Assembly (NCBI GenBank): GCA_965217775.1
Contig: CBDCJH010000002.1
Location: forward strand, 1,728,001 to 1,792,000
DNA from: Acidobacteriota bacterium
GTDB lineage: Bacteria > Acidobacteriota > UBA6911 > RPQK01 > JAJDTT01
Length of the DNA: 64,000 nucleotides
Reading direction: 5' to 3'
Translations under genes and position numbers: made by a program
Notes under the pieces: model-generated
Databases searched by the model: none
What the model was told of the DNA's origin: nothing
What the model saw: the letters and a program-made list of their open reading frames with translations, nothing else
Part shown: positions 28,568 through 37,429 of the stretch, one piece after another
Layout: each line of letters starts with the position of its first letter
How positions within the stretch are numbered: the first letter of the stretch is position 1

Positions 28568-30028
28568 ATGCGATATTTGTCGGTGGACGAGACCTCCGAA
28601 ACGCGATTGGAGTTCATCCCCTCTCCCGAGGTTTCCCCCTGGACCTATTCCGGCCTCCAATTGACACGGTGGACCGAGCGCTATGCCGCCACCCTCCACC
28701 GGAGAGGGCTTCGGGCCGGCGATCGGGTCGCCCTGCATCTGCCGAACTCTCCGGAGCTGGTCGTGGCGCTTCTGGGCAACCACCTGCTGGGCGTGGTGAC
28801 GGTCCCGGTGACTTCCGCGGCCACGTTGCAGGAATTGGAGTACGTGGCGGGCCGGGCCGAGATTTCAGGGCTCGTCGGGTCCGATCCCTACCCCGGCCGG
28901 GTGGGAATGCAACTCTTGAAGGAAGAGTTCTGGGACACTCTGCAGGAACAAGATGGCGGCTTCCCGGAAGCGGAAGATCCGGAGGCCCCGGCCCTGCTCT
29001 GCTTCACCTCCGGGACCACCGCGCGCCCCAAGGGAGTCCTCCTGACCCACCGAAACATCCGGAGCAACCTGGAGGATCTGATTCAGGTCTGGCAATGGTC
29101 CCGGGCGGACCGCCTCTTGTTGACCCTGCCGCTGTTCCATGTTCACGGACTGGTCGTGGCCCTTCATGGATGGGCCATGACGGGGTGCCAAGCGATCCTC
29201 ACCCGGAAGTTTAATCCGGCTCAGGTCCTGGATCTGTTGACCCGGAAGGGCTGCACGCTGTTCATGGGTGTGCCCACCATGTACCACCGAATGGTGTCCG
29301 CCTTCGATCCGCGGGTCCACAACTTCGACACTCTACGCCTGGCCATCAGCGGGTCCGCTCCCATGTCGGTGGAACTGCACCGGATGTGCCGCGAAATGAC
29401 CGGTCAGACCATCCTGGAACGATACGGGATGACGGAGACCATCATGAACACGTCCAACCCCTTCCATGGGCGTCTCCCCGGATCGGTCGGATTTCCCCTG
29501 CCCTCGGTTCAACTCCGCCTGATCGACGACCAGATGAGGGAGATCCGGGAAGACAAGCGGATCGGGGAAGTCTGCGTGCGCGGCCCCAACGTGTTTGGCG
29601 GCTACTGGAAAGATCCGGAGGCGACATCCAAGGCCTTTCTGGGGGATTGGCTGCGCACTGGAGACGCCGGGTACCGTGACGAAAACGGTTACTACCACCT
29701 GGTGGGCCGCCTGAGCGTCGACCTGATCAAATCGGGTGGCTATCGCATCGGCTCCCGGGAGGTGGAGGACGTCCTGGAGCGTCACCCGGGAGTCCGCGAA
29801 GTGGCGGTGGTCGGACTGCCCGACCCGGACCTGGGAGAGAAGGTGGCGGCGTTCGTGGTGACCGATGGGACGGCCGGCCAGGAGGACCTGGCGGCTCATT
29901 GCCGATCCGCGCTGGCTCTCTTCAAGTGTCCCCGATTGTTCCTCATCGTCGATTCCCTGCCTCGAAACGCCATGGGAAAGGTCACCAAGTCAGTCCTCAA
30001 GACCACGCCGCACGATGGATCGGCGTAG
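28568..30028 (+). CDS. Acyl-CoA synthetase, malonyl-CoA synthetase (MatB)-like
   Basis: FTSGTTARPKG, LPLFHVHGL, ERYGMTE, LPRNAMGKV. Confidence 0.88.
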   Translation: MRYLSVDETSETRLEFIPSPEVSPWTYSGLQLTRWTERYAATLHRRGLRAGDRVALHLPNSPELVVALLGNHLLGVVTVPVTSAATLQELEYVAGRAEISGLVGSDPYPGRVGMQLLKEEFWDTLQEQDGGFPEAEDPEAPALLCFTSGTTARPKGVLLTHRNIRSNLEDLIQVWQWSRADRLLLTLPLFHVHGLVVALHGWAMTGCQAILTRKFNPAQVLDLLTRKGCTLFMGVPTMYHRMVSAFDPRVHNFDTLRLAISGSAPMSVELHRMCREMTGQTILERYGMTETIMNTSNPFHGRLPGSVGFPLPSVQLRLIDDQMREIREDKRIGEVCVRGPNVFGGYWKDPEATSKAFLGDWLRTGDAGYRDENGYYHLVGRLSVDLIKSGGYRIGSREVEDVLERHPGVREVAVVGLPDPDLGEKVAAFVVTDGTAGQEDLAAHCRSALALFKCPRLFLIVDSLPRNAMGKVTKSVLKTTPHDGSA

Positions 30029-30051
30029 GGGCACCCCTTGTGTGGTCGCCC
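30025..30051 (+). repeat. Single GTAG-type REP-like imperfect palindrome overlapping the acyl-CoA synthetase stop
   Basis: GTAGGGGCACCCCTTGTGTGGTCGCCC; only one copy seen in the window. Confidence 0.45.
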
Positions 30052-30127
30052 TCTTTCCACTCTTCTCCATCCTCGCAACGTAGTAGACTGACGGACGCCG
30101 AACCCGAGACGCAGAAAGGATTACGCC

Positions 30128-30769
30128 ATGTTTAAACGTATTTCCGTTCTCACGGCACTGATCTTGTGTGCTTCCCCGGCCCAGAGCGCTCCACAGTTGG
30201 GAGGCAAGCCGGCAAAGGAATGGATCAAGTCGCTGGAACGGCCCGAACGCCTCGCCAAGCTCAAGGCCGACGAGGTCATGGCCCAACTGAACCTGAAACC
30301 GGGTGACCTGGTGGCGGATATCGGCGCCGGCAGCGGTGTCTACAGTTGGCCCCTGGCTCGGGCCGTGGCCCCCGGAGGTACGTTGTTCGCAGTCGAGGTG
30401 GATCAGGGTTTTGTCGATTTCATCCGAGAGGGCGCGCAGAAGAGAGGCTTGGACAACGTCTTCCCCGTGTTGGGAGAGTTCACCGATCCCAGGTTACCGG
30501 TTCGGAACCTGGACCTGGCCTTCTTTCACAACGTGCTGCACCACATCGAGGGGCGCCAAGCCTATCTTGAAACGCTCTCCGGGTATCTGAAGCCGAGTGC
30601 ACGTATCGTCATCATCGACCTGATCGAGGGACACAAAGAGCCCGAAATGAAGATGACCCTGGATCAGGTCAAGGATTGGATGGCCGCCATCGGCTTCCGA
30701 ATGACCGGAGAATACCCCGTCTTCGAGGATCGCTTCTTCGCCGTCTTTTCCCGGGGACCGGCCTCCTGA
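30128..30769 (+). CDS. Class I SAM-dependent methyltransferase with predicted signal peptide
   Basis: VADIGAGSG motif I; N-terminal MFKRISVLTALILCASPAQS. Confidence 0.85.
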   Translation: MFKRISVLTALILCASPAQSAPQLGGKPAKEWIKSLERPERLAKLKADEVMAQLNLKPGDLVADIGAGSGVYSWPLARAVAPGGTLFAVEVDQGFVDFIREGAQKRGLDNVFPVLGEFTDPRLPVRNLDLAFFHNVLHHIEGRQAYLETLSGYLKPSARIVIIDLIEGHKEPEMKMTLDQVKDWMAAIGFRMTGEYPVFEDRFFAVFSRGPAS

Positions 30770-30800
30770 TGCCTGCGGGCAGGTTCAAGCTGCCGGAGTT

Positions 30801-31889
30801 TCAAGCGAAGGTGGACTTGTTGAACACGTAGGGCATCTTGGACGGATCCCCTCCGTAATTCCCTTCCAGGACGTCGATGATTCCCTGGGCGGTTCGACCC
30901 GCCATGCCCAGGTCCGGATCACCCGAGAGCCGAGTTCGCCGTCCGGCGCTGGCAAAGTGGTGAAAAATGCGCAACCGGTCTTCCAGGTCCGCGTCTTGCA
31001 TCGGCGAGTCGATCGGAAGCGGCTCCTGCTCGAAGACATCCAAGGCGGCGCCGGCGATCTGACCCTGGCGGAGGGCCCGGACCAACGCATCGGGGTCCAC
31101 GACAGGACCCCGGGAGGTGTTGATGAGATAAGCCGTCGGTTTCATTATTTCCAACGCCTCGTCATCGATGAGATGGTGGGTTTCGGGCGTGAGAGGGACG
31201 TGCAGGCTGATGTAGTCTGCCTGGCGGAAAGCCTCCTCGAATGAGGTCCAACGGATGGTGGCCCGGCGATTCGACAAGCCCTGCTCGTACTTGAAGTCGA
31301 AGAGTGCCTGCACCGAATTCACGAATGACCGATCCTCCGGCAAGAGGTCACAACAAAGGATGTCGGCGTCCAGCCCGGTGCACTTGAGCAGAAAGGCCCG
31401 CCCGATGCGCCCGGTCCCGATCACGGCGACCGTCTTGCCCGTGACCTCGTCTCCCAGGAAAGGGAGATAGGGATGCCAGGTCTCCCAGCGGCCTTCCCGG
31501 ACCAGCCGCTCACTCGGGTACAGCTTTCGCGAAACGCAACCCATGATGAAGAAAGCGAATTCGGCCGTGGCATCGGTCAGCACCACGGCCGTATGAGTGT
31601 AGGGCACCCGGTACTTGCGGGCCGCCGCTTCGTCGATATTGTCGACACCCACGGCAATCTGGGAAACCACCTTCAAGGTGCCCTCACCCGCCTGGAACAC
31701 CTCCTCATCGATGGGGTCGCGCAGCGTGGTGATGAGCCCGTCGATTCCCGACGCGACCTTTTCCACGATCAGCGCCTTCGGCGGAGGCTCGACTTCGGGA
31801 TAAACTTCGACCTGGTAGCCCCGATCCGTCAGGCGCTTGATCCCTTCTTCTCCAATGTCACAGGTTGCGTAGATGCGATAACTCTTCAT
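30801..31889 (-). CDS. D-isomer-specific 2-hydroxyacid dehydrogenase (glyoxylate/hydroxypyruvate reductase-like)
   Basis: VGVDNID, GTGRIG, SLHVPLTPET, INTSRGPVVD, AALDVFEQEP. Confidence 0.9.
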   Translation of the reverse strand: MKSYRIYATCDIGEEGIKRLTDRGYQVEVYPEVEPPPKALIVEKVASGIDGLITTLRDPIDEEVFQAGEGTLKVVSQIAVGVDNIDEAAARKYRVPYTHTAVVLTDATAEFAFFIMGCVSRKLYPSERLVREGRWETWHPYLPFLGDEVTGKTVAVIGTGRIGRAFLLKCTGLDADILCCDLLPEDRSFVNSVQALFDFKYEQGLSNRRATIRWTSFEEAFRQADYISLHVPLTPETHHLIDDEALEIMKPTAYLINTSRGPVVDPDALVRALRQGQIAGAALDVFEQEPLPIDSPMQDADLEDRLRIFHHFASAGRRTRLSGDPDLGMAGRTAQGIIDVLEGNYGGDPSKMPYVFNKSTFA

Positions 31890-31938
31890 CTGGCATTCGA
31901 CTCCCGTTTCTAGCTTCTCTCCGAATCGAGGCCTGGTG

Positions 31939-33123
31939 TCAGACCATAGCCGGCCACTTCGCCAATGCCGTCTGCATTCTCCGGACACCCTTTTCCAGCA
32001 GTTCCAGGGAGGTGGCATAGGAAAGACGCAGGTAGCCCTGTCCCATGGTTCCAAAGGAGGTCCCGGAAAGGAGCGCGACGCCCCCTTTCTGCAGCAGGAA
32101 ATCAGCCAGCTTTGGAGAATCGCCGGATAGCGCTCTGGTGTTGGGAAAAACGTAAAAGGCGCCTTTTGGCAGCCGGCAGGAGACCCCCTCGACGCTGTTC
32201 AGAAGATCGACGATTCGATCTCTCCGAGTCTGGAAGATCTTCACCATCTCGTGGACCGGCTTCGGATCCTGCTGGAGCGCCTGGATTCCGGCCATCTGGG
32301 TGAAGGCAGCCGTACAGGAATTGGAGTTGACCATGAGCTTGGTCACGTGCCCGGCCAGCTCCTTGGGCATGATGCCGTAACCCAACCGCCAGCCGGTCAT
32401 GGCGTAGGTCTTGGAGAACCCGTCGAGCAGAACGGTCCGCTCCTTCATGCCGGGGAACGAAGCGATACTCACATGGGGTTCGTCGTAAACGATGCGGTTG
32501 TAGACCTCGTCGGAGAGAAAGAGAACGTCCGTATCCGCGAACGCGTCGACGATGGCGGCGAGATCTCCCCGGTTCAGCACCGAACCGGTGGGGTTGTTGG
32601 GAGAGTTGAGAATGATGAGACGGGTGCGCGGACTGGACAAGTCGACCAGTTCCTGGATATCGATCCGAAAATCCAGCTCCTCGCGCAAGGGAACGGGCAC
32701 CGGACGCGCCCCCACATACCGGATCATCGACTCGTAGATGGGGAACCCCGGATCGGGATAGATCACCTCGTCCCCCTTCTGGGCCAGGGCCAGCAGGGAA
32801 AAGAATATGATCGGCTTGGCGCCGGGCGTCACCACGACCTCATCCGGATCGACTGCGATCTGCCTGGTCTGCGAGATCTCTCGGGCGATGGCCTGGCGCA
32901 AAGGAAGGATGCCCGCCGACGGAGTGTAGTGGTGATGGCCGTCTCTCAAGGCCTTGACAGCCGCCTCGACGATGTCTTCATGGGTATTGAAGTCGGGCTC
33001 CCCGATCTCCAGGTGGACGATGTCCCGGCCTTGCGCTTCCAGGCCCTTGGCCCGGGCCAGCACCTCAAATGCCGTTTCGGTGCCCAAATTGGACATTCGA
33101 TTCGCCAGCCGCATTCCGGTCAT
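31939..33123 (-). CDS. PLP-dependent class I/II aminotransferase (aspartate aminotransferase-like)
   Basis: IGEPDF, NSPNNPTG, SDEVY, GFSKTYAMTGWRLG. Confidence 0.93.
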   Translation of the reverse strand: MTGMRLANRMSNLGTETAFEVLARAKGLEAQGRDIVHLEIGEPDFNTHEDIVEAAVKALRDGHHHYTPSAGILPLRQAIAREISQTRQIAVDPDEVVVTPGAKPIIFFSLLALAQKGDEVIYPDPGFPIYESMIRYVGARPVPVPLREELDFRIDIQELVDLSSPRTRLIILNSPNNPTGSVLNRGDLAAIVDAFADTDVLFLSDEVYNRIVYDEPHVSIASFPGMKERTVLLDGFSKTYAMTGWRLGYGIMPKELAGHVTKLMVNSNSCTAAFTQMAGIQALQQDPKPVHEMVKIFQTRRDRIVDLLNSVEGVSCRLPKGAFYVFPNTRALSGDSPKLADFLLQKGGVALLSGTSFGTMGQGYLRLSYATSLELLEKGVRRMQTALAKWPAMV

Positions 33124-33186
33124 TCTCGGGGTGCGAACCTCGTTTCGTCAAGTAGTCAACAGTGGAGCGGGTCTTCGCACCGGAAC

Positions 33187-33195
33187 TGCTATAAT
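33187..33195 (+). promoter_or_regulatory. Extended -10 promoter (TGcTATAAT) upstream of the GNAT gene
   Basis: Perfect TGnTATAAT about 30 nt before ATG 33225. Confidence 0.6.
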
Positions 33196-33224
33196 CCGGC
33201 GGCGCACCCGGACGGGAGCCGACC

Positions 33225-34139
33225 ATGGCTGATCTCCTACCTGAACGGACGGTTCAGACCGGCATTCAAACCATTCGCCTCAGAGCCCTCACCGCAATCG
33301 GAGAAATGGATCGGGTCGTCGACCTGGAGGAACAGATCTGGGGGTACGGCACACCCGGCTCCGATTCCCCCTACCCGGCCCGAGCCCTGTTCGCCGTGGC
33401 CGAGAGTGGCGGGCTAGTGGCCGGAGCCTTTGCCGGCAGCGATCTGGTCGGGTTCGCTCTCGCCTGGCTGGGGTCGGAAAACGGGACGCGAGTCCCCTAC
33501 CTCCACAGCCAACTCATGGGCGTCCTCCCAGCTTTCCGTTCCCACGGCATCGGGTACCACTTGAAGCTGTTCCAGAGGGACTACGCATTGGGTTCGGGGC
33601 TGGATCTGATCAAGTGGACCTTTGATCCGCTCCTTGCGGCGAACGCCCACCTGAACCTGAAGAAGCTGGGAGCCGTGATTCGGTCGTACCTCCCCAACTA
33701 CTATGGGAACCTGCAGAGTCACTTCACCAGGGGGATCGCTTCCGACCGGGTGTGGGTCTCCTGGTTCGTCAAGTCGCAACGCGTCCGGCAAAGGATCGAC
33801 CGGTCGTCCTCATCCACGTCAACGGGTGCCGGCCGGCCCTGGGCCACCCGGGTGAAACCTGATCCGATCAGCGGTCTTGCACGTCTGTCCGGGTTCCGGA
33901 TCGACCTGGATTCGAAACGGCTGTTGGTCGAGGTGCCCGGCGACTTCAACACGCTTCGGAGAACGGAGCCGAAGCTGGCTCGAGAGTGGCAGCGGAAGAT
34001 CCGCGAGATCTTCGTCCACTACCTGAACCGGAGCTATTGCGCCTCGGATTTCTTCTTCATGGATGGACAAAGCGCCTACCTGCTGGATCGCTCACCCCTG
34101 CCTCGGATCCTGAATTCGGAACAGGAGTCTGCGCGGTAG
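33225..34139 (+). CDS. GNAT-family N-acyltransferase (COG3375-like)
   Basis: LHSQLMGV, GIGYHLKLFQR, WTFDPL...NAHLNL.KLG, SDR; last 4 codons and stop come from a MITE. Confidence 0.85.
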   Translation: MADLLPERTVQTGIQTIRLRALTAIGEMDRVVDLEEQIWGYGTPGSDSPYPARALFAVAESGGLVAGAFAGSDLVGFALAWLGSENGTRVPYLHSQLMGVLPAFRSHGIGYHLKLFQRDYALGSGLDLIKWTFDPLLAANAHLNLKKLGAVIRSYLPNYYGNLQSHFTRGIASDRVWVSWFVKSQRVRQRIDRSSSSTSTGAGRPWATRVKPDPISGLARLSGFRIDLDSKRLLVEVPGDFNTLRRTEPKLAREWQRKIREIFVHYLNRSYCASDFFFMDGQSAYLLDRSPLPRILNSEQESAR

Positions 34140-34188
34140 AAATGATCGTAGCGAGAAAGCAGTAGATCAATTTCTGCGACGCAGCCTC
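34125..34188. mobile_element. MITE family B, internally deleted copy (64 bp)
   Basis: GAGTCTGCGCGGTAGAAATGATCGTAGCGAGAAAGC joined to AGTAGATCAATTTCTGCGACGCAGCCTC; both ends match 22436-22594. Confidence 0.85.
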
Positions 34189-34234
34189 CCAGCCCGATTG
34201 ACCCCGGTCCGGGAACATAGGACCATAAGCCGCC

Positions 34235-35680
34235 GTGGGCTTTTCGCTCCTGGACTACACCATCCTGGTGCTCTATCTCCTGGCTACGGCCCTCCTGGGC
34301 ATCCTGCTGGGCCGAGGCCGCAAGGACCTGGGGCAGTACTTCCTGGCCGGCCGCAACCTTTCCTGGTGGGTCGTCTGCCTCTCCATCGTCGCTACCGAGA
34401 CCAGCACCCTCACCTTCATCGGGGTCCCGGCCCTCTCCTACACCGGAAATTTCACTTTCCTCCAGTTGGTCCTGGGATACGTGGTGGGCCGTGTACTGGT
34501 CAGTTTTCTGCTGGTCCCCGCCTACTTCAAACAGCGGCTGCAGACCGCCTACGAGCTCTTGGCCTACCGGCTGGGGAAAGGGGTGAGAAGCTTCTCTGCT
34601 CTCCTTTTTCTCGGCACCCGTTCCCTGGCGGACGGGGTCCGTCTGTTTTCCACCGGGCTGGTCCTTTCGGTGGTCACGGGACTCTCCGATTTTTGGGCCG
34701 TGCTCCTGATCGGCGCCGTCACCGTCGCCTACACGTTCTACGGGGGCATGCTCTCGGTCATCTTCAATGACGTCGTTCAACTCGTCGTCTATCTGTCGGG
34801 AGCCGCCATCGCCCTCTACGTCCTGCTGGAAAAGATTCCCGGAGGATGGTCCCAGGCCATCAGTGAGGCGCAGCTCCACGGCAAGCTGCAGGTCTTCGAC
34901 TTCGATCTGGCTCTGGCCACCCCCTACACCTTTTGGGCGGGTCTGTTGGGCGGCGCCTTTCTGACACTGGCGACCCACGGCACGGACCAGATGATGGTCC
35001 AGCGCTATCTCTCGAGCGGCACTCCCCGACGCAGCCAGATCGCTCTGATCGCCAGCGGCGTGGTGATCCTGGCACAGTTCGGACTCTTCCTGCTGCTGGG
35101 AGCTCTGCTCTTCGTCTTCTACCGGAATTTCCCTCTGGAGCAGGAACTGGTCCAGACCGACCGGATATTTCCCATCTTCATCGTCCAGGAGTTGCCCTCG
35201 GGAATCTCGGGGCTGATCATCGCAGCCATCTTCGCCGCTGCCATGTCGACCCTCAGCAGCTCTCTGAACTCCCTGTCCGCCTCCTCCATCCACGACTTCT
35301 ACCGCCGGTGGCGGCGGCGCGGAACCGAAGCCCACTACCTGCGGGTGTCCCGGCTGTTGACCCTGGGATGGTGCGGGATTCTGGTGGTCATCGCTCTTTT
35401 GGCCAGGAACTGGGGATCCGTCCTGGAAGCGGGCCTGACCATACCCAGCCTGACCATGGGAAGCGTGCTGGGTGTCTTTCTGCTGGCCCTGCGCCGTCGC
35501 GGCATCACCCAGAGAGGGGCCCTGACGGGAATGGCGGCGGGCCTCGCCACCATGCTCGTGATTCACTGGACGGGAGAAGTGGCGTGGCCCTGGTACGTTC
35601 TGGTGGGTACCGCCGTGACCTTTGCGACGGGACGGATTGTCTCACAAATGGGAAGTGGCAACCCGGCCGCGGGTCAATGA
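34235..35680 (+). CDS. Sodium:solute symporter (SSS family)
   Basis: YFLAGRNL, SIVATETS, GTDQMMVQRYL, AAAMSTLSSSLNS. Confidence 0.92.
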   Translation: MGFSLLDYTILVLYLLATALLGILLGRGRKDLGQYFLAGRNLSWWVVCLSIVATETSTLTFIGVPALSYTGNFTFLQLVLGYVVGRVLVSFLLVPAYFKQRLQTAYELLAYRLGKGVRSFSALLFLGTRSLADGVRLFSTGLVLSVVTGLSDFWAVLLIGAVTVAYTFYGGMLSVIFNDVVQLVVYLSGAAIALYVLLEKIPGGWSQAISEAQLHGKLQVFDFDLALATPYTFWAGLLGGAFLTLATHGTDQMMVQRYLSSGTPRRSQIALIASGVVILAQFGLFLLLGALLFVFYRNFPLEQELVQTDRIFPIFIVQELPSGISGLIIAAIFAAAMSTLSSSLNSLSASSIHDFYRRWRRRGTEAHYLRVSRLLTLGWCGILVVIALLARNWGSVLEAGLTIPSLTMGSVLGVFLLALRRRGITQRGALTGMAAGLATMLVIHWTGEVAWPWYVLVGTAVTFATGRIVSQMGSGNPAAGQ

Positions 35681-35698
35681 GAAACCGGAATTTCCGGG

Positions 35699-36391
35699 CT
35701 ATTCGATCTCACCGTGGCCGAGCATCACCAGGCCCATCGTCAGAGAACCGGACTGGACGACCAGAGTCCACTGGTCCATATCGTTCTTCATGAGCTTGGG
35801 GCCGGTGACCTCGTCGTAGATCGGGAAGAGGCTGAGAGTGGCGGGATGCCTGCCGACGGCGGCTTCGGCGCTGGCTTTCACCAACTCGTCCGGTCCGTAT
35901 TCCAGATCCGGATCTCCATCCATCTTGGCAGGGATCAGTAGGAGGAAATCCCGGTACATGGCCACCCCCATGTGGGCGCCGTCCTGCGGCTGGATGGCAT
36001 AGCGGAGGGTATAGACGCCAGGTACAATCGGCAGATCCTTGTAGTCGGACCACTTCGCCGGAAAGCGGACGGCGCCGACCAGGGTTCCGACCTTCCACTG
36101 GCCGAAACTGACTCCCAACTCGGTGGACGGCGACGATGCCTCCGGCACGTCCGCTCTCAGCCAGAACTCGGCAAATGGTTGTCCGCCCTGCATGACGCGC
36201 AGAGCTTCCGGCTGGAGAGTGTTCCGAACCTCCTGGGAAAGTTCCGGCGGCGGGTCGACCTTGGCCGCCTCCACGGTCAAGGGCCCGTCCGCACCGAGGG
36301 CCGGCGTCAAACCGGCACCGAACAGGACGATCCCCAGCAGCCGACGGGACAAGAACCAAGTTCTTTCGCGAACTCGCCGTCCGATCCGCAC
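35699..36391 (-). CDS. Hypothetical exported protein
   Basis: GAGGAG then GTG at 36391; signal peptide with SRRLL; GVYTLRY..QPQDGAHMG. Confidence 0.7.
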   Translation of the reverse strand: MRIGRRVRERTWFLSRRLLGIVLFGAGLTPALGADGPLTVEAAKVDPPPELSQEVRNTLQPEALRVMQGGQPFAEFWLRADVPEASSPSTELGVSFGQWKVGTLVGAVRFPAKWSDYKDLPIVPGVYTLRYAIQPQDGAHMGVAMYRDFLLLIPAKMDGDPDLEYGPDELVKASAEAAVGRHPATLSLFPIYDEVTGPKLMKNDMDQWTLVVQSGSLTMGLVMLGHGEIE

Positions 36392-36399
36392 CGAGCTCC

Positions 36400-37062
36400 T
36401 CAGCGGGTGAAGCTCCCGACGAACGCCCCGCGGGTTCCGTAGGTTGCCCAACTGCTTCCCAGCCCCTCTCCCTGGAATCTATGGGAGAGAGTGAAGGCGG
36501 GACGGGCATCGGCCACCTCGGTCAACGGCGGATAATAGACCGTCTCGTTGCCGCAGATATGGTCGTGGTGATTCAGGGCCCGGGTCCGGAGGGAGGCGAT
36601 GTCTCCAGCCTGCAGGCGCGCAAACGCCTTGGAAGCGCCGAATTCAAGAGCGATGGGCGCACGTTGGACCTGGACCAGATCCTCCGTCAGGTGGGGAGCT
36701 TCCGCCCGGACGAAAGCCAACAGGGCCTCCTCCTGATCGGCGTCCGCCCGCTCATCCACGATGATCAGGGACCGGGAAGAACGGTCCACGGCATGAGGAT
36801 CACCCAAGGTGGACGCGGACTTCACGATGGCAATCACGCTGAGTCCATGCAGCGAAACGCCGTTCCAACTCCCCTGGCGGACCCGCCAGGCGAGCATGGC
36901 CTCTTTTCCCGTCAGATTGACTTCCGCGTTGGCGAAACAGGGCCCGGTGTAAACGTCCGTCGTCCTCACCTCCAGATAATCTCCGGCGATGGTGGCATCG
37001 GCGGCAACCAGAGGCATCATGACCACGGCCAAGGTCAAGCAAGCAACGATTCCTGTTCTCAT
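36400..37062 (-). CDS. Exported DUF1326-like protein
   Basis: Signal peptide; GDYLEVRT.DVYTGPCFAN.E, AWRVRQG.WNGV.L.GL, IIVDERA...Q..AL. Confidence 0.65.
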   Translation of the reverse strand: MRTGIVACLTLAVVMMPLVAADATIAGDYLEVRTTDVYTGPCFANAEVNLTGKEAMLAWRVRQGSWNGVSLHGLSVIAIVKSASTLGDPHAVDRSSRSLIIVDERADADQEEALLAFVRAEAPHLTEDLVQVQRAPIALEFGASKAFARLQAGDIASLRTRALNHHDHICGNETVYYPPLTEVADARPAFTLSHRFQGEGLGSSWATYGTRGAFVGSFTR

Positions 37063-37213
37063 AACTGACCCCCTATGTGATTGAGTCCTTATCCTATCAG
37101 ATGTACCCGTCGGACCAACTTGACCGCTCCAATCCGAACCGGAAGCCACGGTCGGTGTGCAACTCACCGATTCCGGATCGAGCCCAGCCGGGATCTTTCG
37201 CCCTGAGCAACGA

Positions 37214-37429
37214 CTACAAGGGCTCGTGGCAGCCCCGGTCCGACTGGCACCTCTCCTCGTTCGCCAAGTCCCCGTCGGGTCCCAGGCAGGTCATGGTCTC
37301 GTTGCACCAGAAGTAAGCGTCATTGCTTGGAGGCACCGTGAGGTCCGGCTCCGCCTCGACGTACATTCCCTTCCACCGCAAACGTCGGCAAAGTTGAAAC
37401 TTGATCTGCTCCACGTCCAACATGATCAA
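37214..37429 (-). CDS. Small 5-Cys protein coupled to the Mo-hydroxylase FAD subunit
   Basis: ATGA overlap with FAD subunit stop; CRRLRWKGMY...FWC..TMTCLGPDG...C...RGC. Confidence 0.75.
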   Translation of the reverse strand: MIMLDVEQIKFQLCRRLRWKGMYVEAEPDLTVPPSNDAYFWCNETMTCLGPDGDLANEERCQSDRGCHEPL

